From NCBI GenBank assembly GCA_937954085.1, contig CALGAK010000041.1:4476-68475 (forward strand): a stretch of DNA of 64,000 bases, given 5' to 3'. This stretch comes from an uncultured Bacteroidota bacterium (GTDB lineage: Bacteria > Bacteroidota > Bacteroidia > Bacteroidales > M50B96). Both the position numbers and the translations under genes were made by a program. Numbering within the stretch: position 1 is the first letter of the stretch; every line of letters begins with the position of its first letter. This document shows positions 37,660-47,655 of the stretch, piece after piece. The notes below the pieces were generated by a model, which saw only the letters and a list, made by a program, of their open reading frames with translations, was not told the DNA's origin and ran no database searches.

Positions 37660-39708
37660 ATGAGTTTTCATAATCCCGGCCTTCTTTATTTTTTGTGGGC
37701 TCTGATAATCCCTGTGATTATCCATCTTTTCAATTTTCGCCGGTATCGAACCCTTTCTTTCAGTTCGGTTCAATTCCTGAAGGAGATTAAACAGGATAAT
37801 CAATCGAAAACTCAACTGAAGCACTGGCTCATATTGCTTAGTCGCATTCTGTTTTTTGCAGCCATTATTATTGCTTTTGCCAATCCATTTATTCCTTCAA
37901 ACGACGACCAAGCCGGGCAATCGGGCAATCAATTTGGCCTTTATATCGATAACTCCTTTAGTATGAATGCCGAATCGGGTTCGGGAAGTATATTGGAACT
38001 GGCAAAGGCACAAGCTCAACGTTTGGTTGAAGCTTCTCCGGCAAATAGCGAATGGTTCCTGATTACGAACGATTTCGAAACGAAGCATTTGCGCATGCGT
38101 AAGGCCTACCAGCTACCTGAATTGATTCAAGAGATCCAAGCTTCCGGAATGTCGCGTCAACTTCCAGAGGTAGCCAATCGTTTCCAGCAACTTGCAAATG
38201 ATCAATGGACGAATCCTTCGTCGCAACTCACGGTATTTACCGATGCTCAAGGCTCCTTTTTTACCGGAGAGTTTGCTAATCCGGATTCTTCTCTAAGCAT
38301 TCGTATTTTTCCTTTGCCAAGCGTAACAACCGGGAACTTATCAATCGATTCCTGCTGGTTCGAGCAAAAAGCTCAATTCCCCGGACAACCCGCCAACCTT
38401 CAGGTTTTGATTCGTAATTATGCCAATCAGTCATTCAATAATGTTCCGATTCAGCTTTTCCTGAACGACACCTTAGCCAGCATTGCGAATGTTTCAATCG
38501 AAGCAAACGATACTGCAGTTGCCGCTCTCTCGTTTAATCATCCAAACTCCACTTGGGTGAACGGTCGAATTGAGCTGGAAGATTTTCCGGTTATTTTCGA
38601 TAATCAACTCTTCTTCTCCTATGAAGTAAAGGATCATTACCGGATTCTGATTATCAGTGAAAAAGGAGAAAATGATTACCTCGAAAATCTCTTTTTAGCC
38701 GAGGATTATTTTCAGGTCACTCAATTTAATGCTAAAACCATCGATTTCTCACGCTTTTCTGAATTCGACCTGCTTATTCTTGATGAACTAGTATCTCTTT
38801 CTCCCGGATTGGTGAGCGAAGGGAAAGCCTTTTTGGCCGAAGGAGGCCGAGTCGTCTTGATCCCTTCGCCTCAGGCCGATTTAACGCAGTATAATCTTTT
38901 CCTCGAAGGAATTGGAGCTCCCGGAATGCTGCCCGTTAAGGAAGCCGAAACACAGGCAGATCCATCCTTGTTGGAGCATCCTTATTTGAAAGCGGCAATT
39001 CAAAAAACAGAGGCTAATATTCAATTACCGCGGTTCAAGCATTATTATCCGATTCAATCGGCCCCCAATTACGCTAACGAGTGGATGGTGAATCGATTGA
39101 AACAGCCTTTACTGCTTAGTATCCCTTATCAAAAAGGAACGTTCTTTCAATGGACCGTTCCGATGCATTCCTCTAAAGGCGAGCGATATACCTACCCATT
39201 GATGCTCCCTTTGTTTTACCAAATCGCTTTGGCCGACGAAGCATCCTTTTTACAATACGGAGAGGTAGGACGTGAAGCTAATCTGCGATTCAAGAATGCC
39301 AGCAATGTGAAACAACTCGAGCGAACCCGGTTTGGAACCTCTGAGCGAGTAGTCGTTCCAATGGAGATTCAGGGGCAATTGGTTCAGGTGTATAACGAAG
39401 ATCCGGTATCAAATGCCGGTAACTATAACTACGTGTCGAACGATTCGATTGTTTTCGCTTATTCCTGGAACTACAATCGTTCCGAATCGAACCCCGAAGT
39501 GCTTACTGAAAAAGAAATCAACGATCGATTCAATTCTCTTGGGTTTATAGAATGGGAAATCATTGATTCGAAGGATGATAAAGCGTTTAATCAGTACCTC
39601 GATCATTCCGGAGAAAGAAGCCTTTGGAAATACTTTTTAATGGCTGCCTTGTTTTTCCTGATTATGGAAGGCTTGCTGGTCTGGTATTTCTCCAGAGCCC
39701 GCAGCTAG
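37660..39708 (+). CDS. BatA-like membrane protein: N-terminal double-TM domain, VWA-like MIDAS domain, C-terminal TM
   Basis: MSFHNPGLLYFLWALIIPVIIHLFNFRR (aerotolerance-regulator N-terminal pattern), LYIDNSFSM (DxSxS MIDAS) and a terminal helix LWKYFLMAALFFLIMEGLLVWYF. Confidence 0.7.
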   Translation: MSFHNPGLLYFLWALIIPVIIHLFNFRRYRTLSFSSVQFLKEIKQDNQSKTQLKHWLILLSRILFFAAIIIAFANPFIPSNDDQAGQSGNQFGLYIDNSFSMNAESGSGSILELAKAQAQRLVEASPANSEWFLITNDFETKHLRMRKAYQLPELIQEIQASGMSRQLPEVANRFQQLANDQWTNPSSQLTVFTDAQGSFFTGEFANPDSSLSIRIFPLPSVTTGNLSIDSCWFEQKAQFPGQPANLQVLIRNYANQSFNNVPIQLFLNDTLASIANVSIEANDTAVAALSFNHPNSTWVNGRIELEDFPVIFDNQLFFSYEVKDHYRILIISEKGENDYLENLFLAEDYFQVTQFNAKTIDFSRFSEFDLLILDELVSLSPGLVSEGKAFLAEGGRVVLIPSPQADLTQYNLFLEGIGAPGMLPVKEAETQADPSLLEHPYLKAAIQKTEANIQLPRFKHYYPIQSAPNYANEWMVNRLKQPLLLSIPYQKGTFFQWTVPMHSSKGERYTYPLMLPLFYQIALADEASFLQYGEVGREANLRFKNASNVKQLERTRFGTSERVVVPMEIQGQLVQVYNEDPVSNAGNYNYVSNDSIVFAYSWNYNRSESNPEVLTEKEINDRFNSLGFIEWEIIDSKDDKAFNQYLDHSGERSLWKYFLMAALFFLIMEGLLVWYFSRARS

Positions 39709-40458
39709 TTATTCATCGTGGTTCATAAAACCTTGTTTCTTTAAAATTTCGAGGAATTTTTTCGAAAAGAACAAGTTATCCGATTTCTTATACCGATTGT
39801 CGGTAAATATTTGGGCCAGAGTTTCTTTCTGATTTTCTCTCAATAAAGCTTGGGTGAAATCGCTCGATTCACGTTCGTGATAAATTGCCTTAATCCGCTC
39901 TGGATTAAATTCTTGATAGGTTTCCCAATGCACAATAGCATCCATTGGTAAGCGATCGGTAAGCGGTGGATTTTCGTCGGGATAGCCCAGCGCAATGGTG
40001 GTTACCGGAACCACTCCACGTGGCAAGTTTAAAACCTCAATGATTTGATCGGCCATATAAGTGGTTGTGCCGAGATAGCAAATCCCCAAGTCGTTAGCTT
40101 CGGCTTCGAGTGCAGCATTTTGCGAAGCCAATAGAGCATCGATGGCTGCCGTAAAAAAACTTAAATAATTATCATAACCGGGGCTTGCATTACTTAGCTC
40201 GCACCACTGATTGAAGCGGTTAAAATCGGCACAAAAGGTAAGAACAGCTGGCGCTTCCACTACCATTTTCTGATTGAAATGGCAGGGTAATAATCGCTCC
40301 TTAATTTCCTTTTCGGTGCTAACTACAATGCTGTATACCTGCATGTTCCCTGTGGTGCTGGCTCTGGATGCAGCCTCCAGGATACGGTTCATTATCGGCA
40401 TTGGAATTTCAGTGGGTTTGAACTTACGGATGGATCGGTGGTTAAAAATAGTGTTCAT
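39709..40458 (-). CDS. Nitroreductase-family NAD(P)H oxidoreductase (NfsA-like)
   Basis: MNTIFNHRSIRKFKPTEIP...ASRASTTGNMQVYSIVV. The start is trimmed to the ATG at 40458. Confidence 0.85.
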   Translation of the reverse strand: MNTIFNHRSIRKFKPTEIPMPIMNRILEAASRASTTGNMQVYSIVVSTEKEIKERLLPCHFNQKMVVEAPAVLTFCADFNRFNQWCELSNASPGYDNYLSFFTAAIDALLASQNAALEAEANDLGICYLGTTTYMADQIIEVLNLPRGVVPVTTIALGYPDENPPLTDRLPMDAIVHWETYQEFNPERIKAIYHERESSDFTQALLRENQKETLAQIFTDNRYKKSDNLFFSKKFLEILKKQGFMNHDE

Positions 40459-40542
40459 TACTTTGTTGATTTTTATTCGCCCAATATTACGGTTTAGCAG
40501 GAACATAACACAAAATAAAAGTCAGACCAAGTGAAAAATTTT

Positions 40543-40550
40543 TATTTTTG
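40543..40550 (+). promoter_or_regulatory. -7 promoter box (TAnnTTTG) upstream of the small lipoprotein ORF
   Basis: TATTTTTG, 27 nt upstream of the ATG at 40578. Confidence 0.45.
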
Positions 40551-40577
40551 TTCCCCGTACATAAACTTAAATCCATA

Positions 40578-40703
40578 ATGAAGAAAAAGTACCTCATTAT
40601 AGCCCTCATTGCCCTAATGGCAATTGCTGTTTCCTCTTGTAAGTCTAAGCAGCCTTGCCCTGCTTATGGTTCGGTGGAAACAACCCAAGAGGTGAATGTT
40701 TAA
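40578..40703 (+). CDS. Small (41-aa) predicted lipoprotein; below the ORF-track size cut-off
   Basis: My own translation: MKKKYLIIALIALMAIAVSSCKSKQPCPAYGSVETTQEVNV*. It has a classic signal peptide plus lipobox (AVSS|C) and a perfect -7 box upstream. Confidence 0.45.
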   Translation: MKKKYLIIALIALMAIAVSSCKSKQPCPAYGSVETTQEVNV

Positions 40704-40772
40704 TGATTCCGAAAGGTCATTGAAACATTTCCGCCGTTTCTTTCGTTCATCCATCAGTAACGAATCGGCAAA

Positions 40773-41528
40773 ATGAAATTTGTATCTCTCTTTATCAGTG
40801 TTTTATCAGGACTTGTCCTATCCCTTTCCTCGCTGGCTCAAGGTGAACTAGATTCCGAGAAAAAGATACTTATTCGCGACGAACGATCGGGTTCCCTCAC
40901 CTTATCTAGTTCCGGTTACGGTGCCGGTTTCCGTTTCGGCAAACATAAAAACGTAAAGCAAAAAATACTCTATCAAGTCGATGTGCACTACATTCGACAC
41001 CCCAAAGAAATTCGTAGCGCATCCTACTACTATCCGAATCGGTCTTTTGTATACGGGAAAACCAATACCTTCCTCGCCCTGAATACCTATTATGGTATTC
41101 AACGGGAATTATTCCCAAAATTCGATAAAGGAGGCATCGCCATCCGGTACTATGTTTTAGGTGGCCCGAGTCTTGGCATTTTGAAACCAAACTATTACGA
41201 GGTTACTTATGAAATTGGTCGCTTCGTAGTGGAGGATTTTGATACGTATTACGAAAAGTCGAACCATGCCGGCTTGATTATCGGGAATAGTTCTTTCTTT
41301 CAAGGGATAAGTGAAATAATGTTGGTCCCAGGGATAAGCCTGCTTAGTGGTGCCAGCTTCGATTATAGCTCGAGCGAAGAACGCTTTAATGCGATCGAAG
41401 CAGGTGTTCGGGTCGATTTGTTCCTCCAACCCATAGCCATTATGTCGGAAAATTTAGTCGCCCCTCAGCAAGTATTTTTTCATCTCTTTCTCAATTATCG
41501 CTTCGGAAGAATTCTCGATGATCGATAG
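40773..41528 (+). CDS. Hypothetical secreted protein, probably a small outer-membrane beta-barrel
   Basis: Signal peptide MKFVSLFISVLSGLVLSLSSLAQG. It has alternating aromatic/glycine-rich strands (GYGAGFRFG, IRYYVLGGPSLGIL) and an aromatic-rich C-terminal strand, LFLNYRFG. Confidence 0.5.
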   Translation: MKFVSLFISVLSGLVLSLSSLAQGELDSEKKILIRDERSGSLTLSSSGYGAGFRFGKHKNVKQKILYQVDVHYIRHPKEIRSASYYYPNRSFVYGKTNTFLALNTYYGIQRELFPKFDKGGIAIRYYVLGGPSLGILKPNYYEVTYEIGRFVVEDFDTYYEKSNHAGLIIGNSSFFQGISEIMLVPGISLLSGASFDYSSSEERFNAIEAGVRVDLFLQPIAIMSENLVAPQQVFFHLFLNYRFGRILDDR

Positions 41529-41657
41529 CCCGAATTTTCTGGCGACTGCTCTTAAACATTTCCAAGTAGCAGGGGTTAAATTGTTTTAAAATTTTCGATA
41601 AAATTGTACTTTTATCGCGCTCTTAAAAAAGTGGAAAGCTATTAGAAATTTATACCT

Positions 41658-44600
41658 ATGAAGAAAAAGCACGTAATTTTGATGGTTGGGACCATCCTCG
41701 TGGTAAGCTTAGTGGCAGCAAAGTTTGCACTTACAACTCACGAAAGTCAATATAAACCCAGAACAACGGTAGCTTCGGCTGATGAGAAAGGGTATCGAGG
41801 TGCCGCCGAATGGATGTTCTCGCGCCAGGCAGGCATGGATGAAAGCATTCGTGTAGAAGATGTACAAAAAGCCCGTGAAGCCGTGGCTGCTATGCGTGGT
41901 AAGAAATCAGCCCAAAGCGTTGACTTCAATTGGGAAGAAATGGGTCCCGATAACATCGCTGGTCGTGCACGTGCAATCATCTACGATCGCAATAACCCCA
42001 ATATCATGTATGCCGGTGGTATTAGCGGTGGATTATGGAAATCGACTACAGGGGGTGTTTCCTGGAATAAAATTCGCTACACCGATGCCAATGGTAATTA
42101 TGGTTCCATGAATGTTTCCTGCCTTACTCAAGGTGCCGACGGAGCAATTTACTTTGGAACTGGAGAGGTGTTCGCAGGGAGTAGTATCGCCAATAGTGGA
42201 ATTGGACAAGGCGATGGTATCTGGAAATCGACCGATGGAGTGACCTTTGATCGCCTCGAATCGACATGGACCACCATTAACCAAACCACCTTTAATTATG
42301 TGAGCAGAATAGCTGCCGACCCCACCAACGCCAATCGGATTTATGCTGCAACCCACCGCGGTTTGCATTATTCCGACGATGCTGGGGCGAGCTGGAGTAA
42401 AATCGATGCACTCAGTATTTCCAATCAGTCCCGTAATACTTACGATGTAAAAGTCGGACCCGATGGAACAGTCGTAGCAGCTATCGACAATAAAACGTTC
42501 ATTGCTCCAGGAGGAGACTTAACCCAAATTTATAATCCCGTTGGTTCACCCAATGTTCCTAGCGGACGTTTGGAATTTGCTATTTCTCCCACCGATGCTA
42601 ATTACATATACTGCCATGCGGCTAATCCAAATGGAACACTGAATAATATTTATCAATCGACCGATAAAGGTGCTACCTGGAATGTGATTGGTCCTGGTGG
42701 ATTTACAACTTTCCAAACACTTGGAAGCCAAGGATTATATGACAATTGCATTGCTGTTTTCCCCGACGATCCTGAAACCATTATTACCGGTGGTCAGTAT
42801 GCTTTGTGGAAATGGTCGCCTGAAACAGAATGGTCGGTTCTAACTAACTGGGCTTTGCCTCCGGGAAATCCTTTCTACGTGCATGCCGATCATCACGTTT
42901 TTGAATTTCACCCGAACTATGGCCAAAATGGAAACCAAACCATAGTCGTTGGAACCGATGGCGGTTTTTATATCTCCCACAATGCTGGCTTGTACTGGGC
43001 CGACTTGAATAAGAATTTTGCAACCCTTCAGTTTTATAAAATTGATGTCGATGGCGCTGGTCGTGTAATGGGTGGTTCACAAGATAACGGAACGCTCTAC
43101 AACGACTTTGGTGGAAATACCGTACGGAATTTCTACGAAGTGAATGGTGGCGATGGTGGCGAAGCTAAATTATCGAAGCTTGATCCAACGGCTGCTTTTT
43201 CTACCGTTTATTATGGTTCATTGCGTCGCACGAACGAAAAAGGTACTAGTTTTTACGAAACGGGTCGTTATTTCTTTAGCAATCAAGTGGTAAATAAATA
43301 CTGGGGTGGAATTGAAGGGAATATCGGAAGCCCTGATTATCCGGTGGCTCCTTTCGTGACTGTTTTCGATTTATGGGAAAGCTTTTACGATGCCAATAGT
43401 ATCGATTCCGTTAGCTACAAGAATAGTATTTTACTCCTTCCTATGGTTGAATTCGAAAACTACGTTGCCGAGCTTGAAGCTAAGTACGACAACTTCACCT
43501 TGGACACGACTTCTTTCGTCAATGTAGATGGAGAAGTAATGGTTGAAGCTGGGGTTATTTTCCACACTGGAGAAACCATCGAGGTACCCTCTTCTATTGG
43601 TGAACTTCCACTGCAAGTAACCTTGGATTCCGACTTGCTTGCCGGTGATTCCATCCGTGTTCAAGATACCTATCAGGCGATGGTTGCTATGCCACTTTTC
43701 GACCGCTTCAATAATCAGTATAATATTTGGGTTACTCGTAAGCCTCTTAACTTTAATGTTTTAGCGGTTGCTCAGCCCTGGGCTCCAATCTTACCTAATG
43801 GCGGTGTATCTGCTACGGGTAGTTGGGCTATGCGCGATGTGCAGTTCACGAAAGATGGTGAACATCTCTACTTTGCACTGAACAATAACCTATATCGCGT
43901 TTCCGGATTTTCGGGTGCTCGCACCTTAGGTCAACTTCATGGCGATAGTACCGATTCCTATATGCTCGATTACGATATGATTTTCTCCTTCGGGAATAGC
44001 ATCAATAGTATCAATGTCGATCCGAATAATGCTAGCCGTGTTTTGGTTACCTTAGCTGGTTCCTCGGGATCAACAGTTTACCTTTCTACCAATGCAACCT
44101 CCAGTAATCCGAGCTTCCAAACCAAGCAAGGAAACTTACCCGTAATGCCTGTTTTCACTGGGGTATTTAATTGGCAAGATGGAAATCAGGTTGTTGTGGG
44201 TACTGAATATGGTGTCTTTTCTACCGAAAATATCACAGCTGCCTCTGTTAGTTGGGATTATCAATACAACGAATATCTCTACAATGCTTCGGTAATGGAT
44301 ATCGTTCAGCAGGATTTCGAGAATTATCAGTATGAAGTTAATAACCATTATGGTATCGAAAATCATGGTTGGTTATACATTGGAACCCATGGTCGTGGAA
44401 TATTCCGCAGCGATGCTTGGAAAGGTCCTTTATCCACTCCCGATCCTATCGTATCGTATGGAGCAGAACCAATGGAATTAAGCATTTATCCTAATCCGGC
44501 GCAACACGAAACAAGACTGAAATTCGTCATGACGAAAGCCGGAATAGCCGATATTCAGGTTTACGATTTAAATGGTCGATTGGTTAAATCGCAGCGAAGT

Positions 44601-44723
44601 TCACAACTTCCTGTAGGCGAGCATGAAATGCAACTTCAAATAAGCGATTTGCAACAAGGTACTTACCTCATTCACTTGAATGCTAATGGTGAAAGCTTAT
44701 CGCAAAAATTGATTGTTCAATAA
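41658..44723 (+). CDS. BNR/Asp-box repeat (sortilin/glycosidase-like beta-propeller) protein with a type-A T9SS CTD
   Basis: Asp-boxes STTGGVSW, SDDAGASW, STDKGATW and SHNAGLYW. The CTD is at 44472-44720 (LSIYPNPAQHETRLKF...GTYLIHLNANG...KLIVQ). Confidence 0.75.
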   Translation: MKKKHVILMVGTILVVSLVAAKFALTTHESQYKPRTTVASADEKGYRGAAEWMFSRQAGMDESIRVEDVQKAREAVAAMRGKKSAQSVDFNWEEMGPDNIAGRARAIIYDRNNPNIMYAGGISGGLWKSTTGGVSWNKIRYTDANGNYGSMNVSCLTQGADGAIYFGTGEVFAGSSIANSGIGQGDGIWKSTDGVTFDRLESTWTTINQTTFNYVSRIAADPTNANRIYAATHRGLHYSDDAGASWSKIDALSISNQSRNTYDVKVGPDGTVVAAIDNKTFIAPGGDLTQIYNPVGSPNVPSGRLEFAISPTDANYIYCHAANPNGTLNNIYQSTDKGATWNVIGPGGFTTFQTLGSQGLYDNCIAVFPDDPETIITGGQYALWKWSPETEWSVLTNWALPPGNPFYVHADHHVFEFHPNYGQNGNQTIVVGTDGGFYISHNAGLYWADLNKNFATLQFYKIDVDGAGRVMGGSQDNGTLYNDFGGNTVRNFYEVNGGDGGEAKLSKLDPTAAFSTVYYGSLRRTNEKGTSFYETGRYFFSNQVVNKYWGGIEGNIGSPDYPVAPFVTVFDLWESFYDANSIDSVSYKNSILLLPMVEFENYVAELEAKYDNFTLDTTSFVNVDGEVMVEAGVIFHTGETIEVPSSIGELPLQVTLDSDLLAGDSIRVQDTYQAMVAMPLFDRFNNQYNIWVTRKPLNFNVLAVAQPWAPILPNGGVSATGSWAMRDVQFTKDGEHLYFALNNNLYRVSGFSGARTLGQLHGDSTDSYMLDYDMIFSFGNSINSINVDPNNASRVLVTLAGSSGSTVYLSTNATSSNPSFQTKQGNLPVMPVFTGVFNWQDGNQVVVGTEYGVFSTENITAASVSWDYQYNEYLYNASVMDIVQQDFENYQYEVNNHYGIENHGWLYIGTHGRGIFRSDAWKGPLSTPDPIVSYGAEPMELSIYPNPAQHETRLKFVMTKAGIADIQVYDLNGRLVKSQRSSQLPVGEHEMQLQISDLQQGTYLIHLNANGESLSQKLIVQ

Positions 44724-44768
44724 TCCATTCAATCCTACTCTTCAGCTTGGGTGAAAACGAGCTGATTC

Positions 44769-44804
44769 ATTTGCCGAATAAAGAGTCTTCTTTATTCGGC
44801 AAAT
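44769..44804 (+). terminator. Intrinsic terminator between convergent genes
   Basis: A perfect 16-bp stem, atttgccgaataaaga / tctttattcggcaaat, with a 4-nt loop, followed by a T-run that extends to 44810. The addB-like stop codon starts 5 nt beyond the stem. Confidence 0.65.
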
Positions 44805-44808
44805 TTTT

Positions 44809-47655
44809 TTATCCCCTTCCGCAAATGGAAACGTAGTCGCAACGCGAGCATATTTCTTGCTCTTCGGTTTGAGTAAAGGCAAATTGATCCGAGCTCATTT
44901 CCCTTAACAGTGCTTCAAAATGTTCCATGAATTCCACTCGATGCTCTGCATAATTTAAGGTCTTTTTATCAAGGGTTATCTCCGTTGCTGGCCTGGGCGA
45001 GAACAGCTTCTTGATGTTGAATAGGTGCAAATGAATCGGTTTATCCACCATGGAATCCTCCGTCGATTCAATTAAGTAGGCATAAATGAATAATTGTAAA
45101 ATAGCTTTGTTCCGCTTCTTGAGGTTGGGTAAAAAGAGATCACTAATTCCTCCCACATTGTGTTCATCGCTTCCGGTTTTGTAATCGATAATCCGAAGTG
45201 TTTGATGCACCAAATCCACTCGGTCGATTACCCCCTTAATTTTCCATCGGCTCGATGCATCGAGTTGGAATTCTCGCTGATATTCTTTCTCTAAACTAAT
45301 GGGTTTGATAGGAGCCTGCGATAAATCATATCGAATAACCTGAAGAATATATTCCATCATATTTTCAAAAATGATTTCATTCTCAGGGGTATGTATCTCC
45401 TGGTTCGCTGCGAAGCCATTTGCCTCTACTTCGTGCATCAAGGTTTCACGAATTTGGGCTGATTTCTCCAGTAAGTCTTTTAAAAAATCGTTCGTTAAAA
45501 CTTTTTGTTTGTCGTAAAGTTCTTTCAGCGTATCGTGGACTATTATTCCGAAATACCTGTAGTCGATCAGTTCTTGCTGTTCATCGATGGGTTTGATTCG
45601 GGCAACGTATCGGAAATAGAATTTCAAACTGCAATCGATGTAGGTATTAATGGCGCTTGGTGATAAGAAAAAGCTTTTTTGCTCGCTATTTTGATTTAAC
45701 AGCAGCTTTAGCATTTCCGGTGTTTTAGTGATTTCGATTTTTACGGGATCTTCGGTTTTCAGATAAGGATTAATCTTGAATTCCGAAAGTGCCTGCATCG
45801 AGCTGTATTTGAGCTGAGACAAGTAGCGGCTGGGTTCCACTTTTTGTCCCGATGGACTGTTGGAGGTATATAGGAGATGAACTTTTTCGGCTCGTTGGAT
45901 TAGTCTGTAAAAATGATAAGCATGGATGGCATCGTGCATATCGGGAGTAGGAAGACCATAGGCTTTTTTCAGGCTCAGAGGAATAAATCCAGTTTTAAAG
46001 GAAGAGGGAGGAAAGCTATCTTCGTTCGCGGAAAGGATGATTATTTCCTTGAAATCGAGCAATCGTGTTTCCAGAAAACCCATGAGTTGAATGCCTTTGA
46101 GAGGTTCTCCTTCGAATGGAATGCGCTCTTGACGAATCAATTTGTTTAGGAGCCGAGCCTGTGACAAATCCGAAATCTTGGTAGAGTAGGTTTGCTGTAG
46201 ATTTTCTAATTTCTGAATAAGTAAAAGAATTTGATAAAAAAAGGCTCTTTCGCTATCGGGTAGGCTCGAATTATCGGCGTAAACAAAGTGTTGACACAGA
46301 TTCAAGAGTAGGGGAGTCAGACTAGAGCTTTCGCCCAAATGCTTTATCAAACCAAAAGGGTCGGACTTACCCTCGGCAAGCTCCGTCAAACTAATCCAGG
46401 GTCTTTGATCTTTTAAAAGACTCTCGGTTTTTTCCTTGAAAAATGGGTCGTTCGCAGCAGTAAAGTAATCGTGTTGAAACAATTCCAAAAGGTTTAATCG
46501 TTTTACACGCTTTTTTTTATCCTGTAAGGCTTGTTGATGGATTTGAATGAGCTTTTCAATAAAATTGGATGTGTTGGAATACCTTAAAGGAAAGCCCATG
46601 GTAATATTCACCGTGGGAAGATTATCCGGAAGGTGATTTATTAGGGGTAAAAGCAAACTTTCGTCGGGGAAAATTATAGCCAGCTGGTCGGGTCGAGCGG
46701 TGTCTTGTTCCTTAATGCGCTCGCTCAATCCGGCTGCATAGCGAGCTTGGGCACTGTGCGACGAAAACTCGTAGCTTCTTATCTCTTTATTTTCCGGCTG
46801 AGGTAAATTTTCGCGTAGAAGATCGCGGAAATCTTCTTCGTCGGGGAAGTTTTTCAAATTTTGCCGGATAAATCTTCCTGCTTCGTGCCATTCGGGTTCC
46901 AGGTATTCGGGATGGTAGTCCCAAAAGAAATGGGCAGGGTGATTTTGTTGGATAAGTTTGAAGATATGCTTTTCGGCTGGGCTCAGGTAGTTAAACCCAA
47001 CCATCAAGTAGATTGATTCGTCCTCTTTCGATTGGAATACATCTCCTTCTGCTATCGAACGAAAAGCGGCACCGGGATAGGTAATGTTTTTCGAACGGAT
47101 CGATTCCTGAAAGCTCCGATAAAGTGCCGGAGCTTTGTCCCATAGCGTTGCAAACGGTTTGTTTAAATCACTGGAAGCTTCTTTCTGAAAATGCCCCCAG
47201 AATTGAGCAATTGCTTTTTGTTGAATCTCCGAAAGATGTTCAAAATTATCTTGCAATGCCTGATAGTCGCCAATGTGTGTGAACAGAGCATCTACATTCA
47301 ATAGGTGCATATCGATTTCGTCGAAATCGTTTAATAAATTTTCTCCCCAGGTAATGAATTCGTCGAGCGTAACAGGATCGGAAAAGACCTTGGTATAGGC
47401 TTGATATAGCTCAAACAGGAGCGTTATAGGATCGGCAATGAGTTGATTGCTTTGTTGTTCCACCCATTCTCGAATACTCAGAACAGTAGGTTGCCACAAT
47501 GGCTTATCGATGGATTCACTCAGGTAGAGATTCAAGAAAGACTTCGCTCTAAGGCTCGGAATCAGGATGATTATTTTATCGGTTTGAGAGGGGTAGTGCT
47601 TGAGAATCCAATTGGAAACATGCAGGAGGAAGGGCCTTGGGTGTTGCTCATTCAT
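44809..47655 (-). CDS. AddB-like PD-(D/E)XK nuclease family protein with an Fe-S cysteine staple
   Basis: 948 aa. The C-terminal nuclease core is GVIDRVDL...RIIDYKTG. Four Cys are arranged C...CxxCxxxxxC (IDCSLKFYF and ICSRCDYVSICGRG), as in AddB. Confidence 0.78.
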   Translation of the reverse strand: MNEQHPRPFLLHVSNWILKHYPSQTDKIIILIPSLRAKSFLNLYLSESIDKPLWQPTVLSIREWVEQQSNQLIADPITLLFELYQAYTKVFSDPVTLDEFITWGENLLNDFDEIDMHLLNVDALFTHIGDYQALQDNFEHLSEIQQKAIAQFWGHFQKEASSDLNKPFATLWDKAPALYRSFQESIRSKNITYPGAAFRSIAEGDVFQSKEDESIYLMVGFNYLSPAEKHIFKLIQQNHPAHFFWDYHPEYLEPEWHEAGRFIRQNLKNFPDEEDFRDLLRENLPQPENKEIRSYEFSSHSAQARYAAGLSERIKEQDTARPDQLAIIFPDESLLLPLINHLPDNLPTVNITMGFPLRYSNTSNFIEKLIQIHQQALQDKKKRVKRLNLLELFQHDYFTAANDPFFKEKTESLLKDQRPWISLTELAEGKSDPFGLIKHLGESSSLTPLLLNLCQHFVYADNSSLPDSERAFFYQILLLIQKLENLQQTYSTKISDLSQARLLNKLIRQERIPFEGEPLKGIQLMGFLETRLLDFKEIIILSANEDSFPPSSFKTGFIPLSLKKAYGLPTPDMHDAIHAYHFYRLIQRAEKVHLLYTSNSPSGQKVEPSRYLSQLKYSSMQALSEFKINPYLKTEDPVKIEITKTPEMLKLLLNQNSEQKSFFLSPSAINTYIDCSLKFYFRYVARIKPIDEQQELIDYRYFGIIVHDTLKELYDKQKVLTNDFLKDLLEKSAQIRETLMHEVEANGFAANQEIHTPENEIIFENMMEYILQVIRYDLSQAPIKPISLEKEYQREFQLDASSRWKIKGVIDRVDLVHQTLRIIDYKTGSDEHNVGGISDLFLPNLKKRNKAILQLFIYAYLIESTEDSMVDKPIHLHLFNIKKLFSPRPATEITLDKKTLNYAEHRVEFMEHFEALLREMSSDQFAFTQTEEQEICSRCDYVSICGRG

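Noticed and set aside
40773-41528. The 251-aa secreted protein as a PorP/SprF-family partner for the type-B cargo
   Set aside because: It is too short, is not adjacent to either type-B gene, and lacks the N-terminal DP-x-FSQY-like motif I associate with PorP/SprF.
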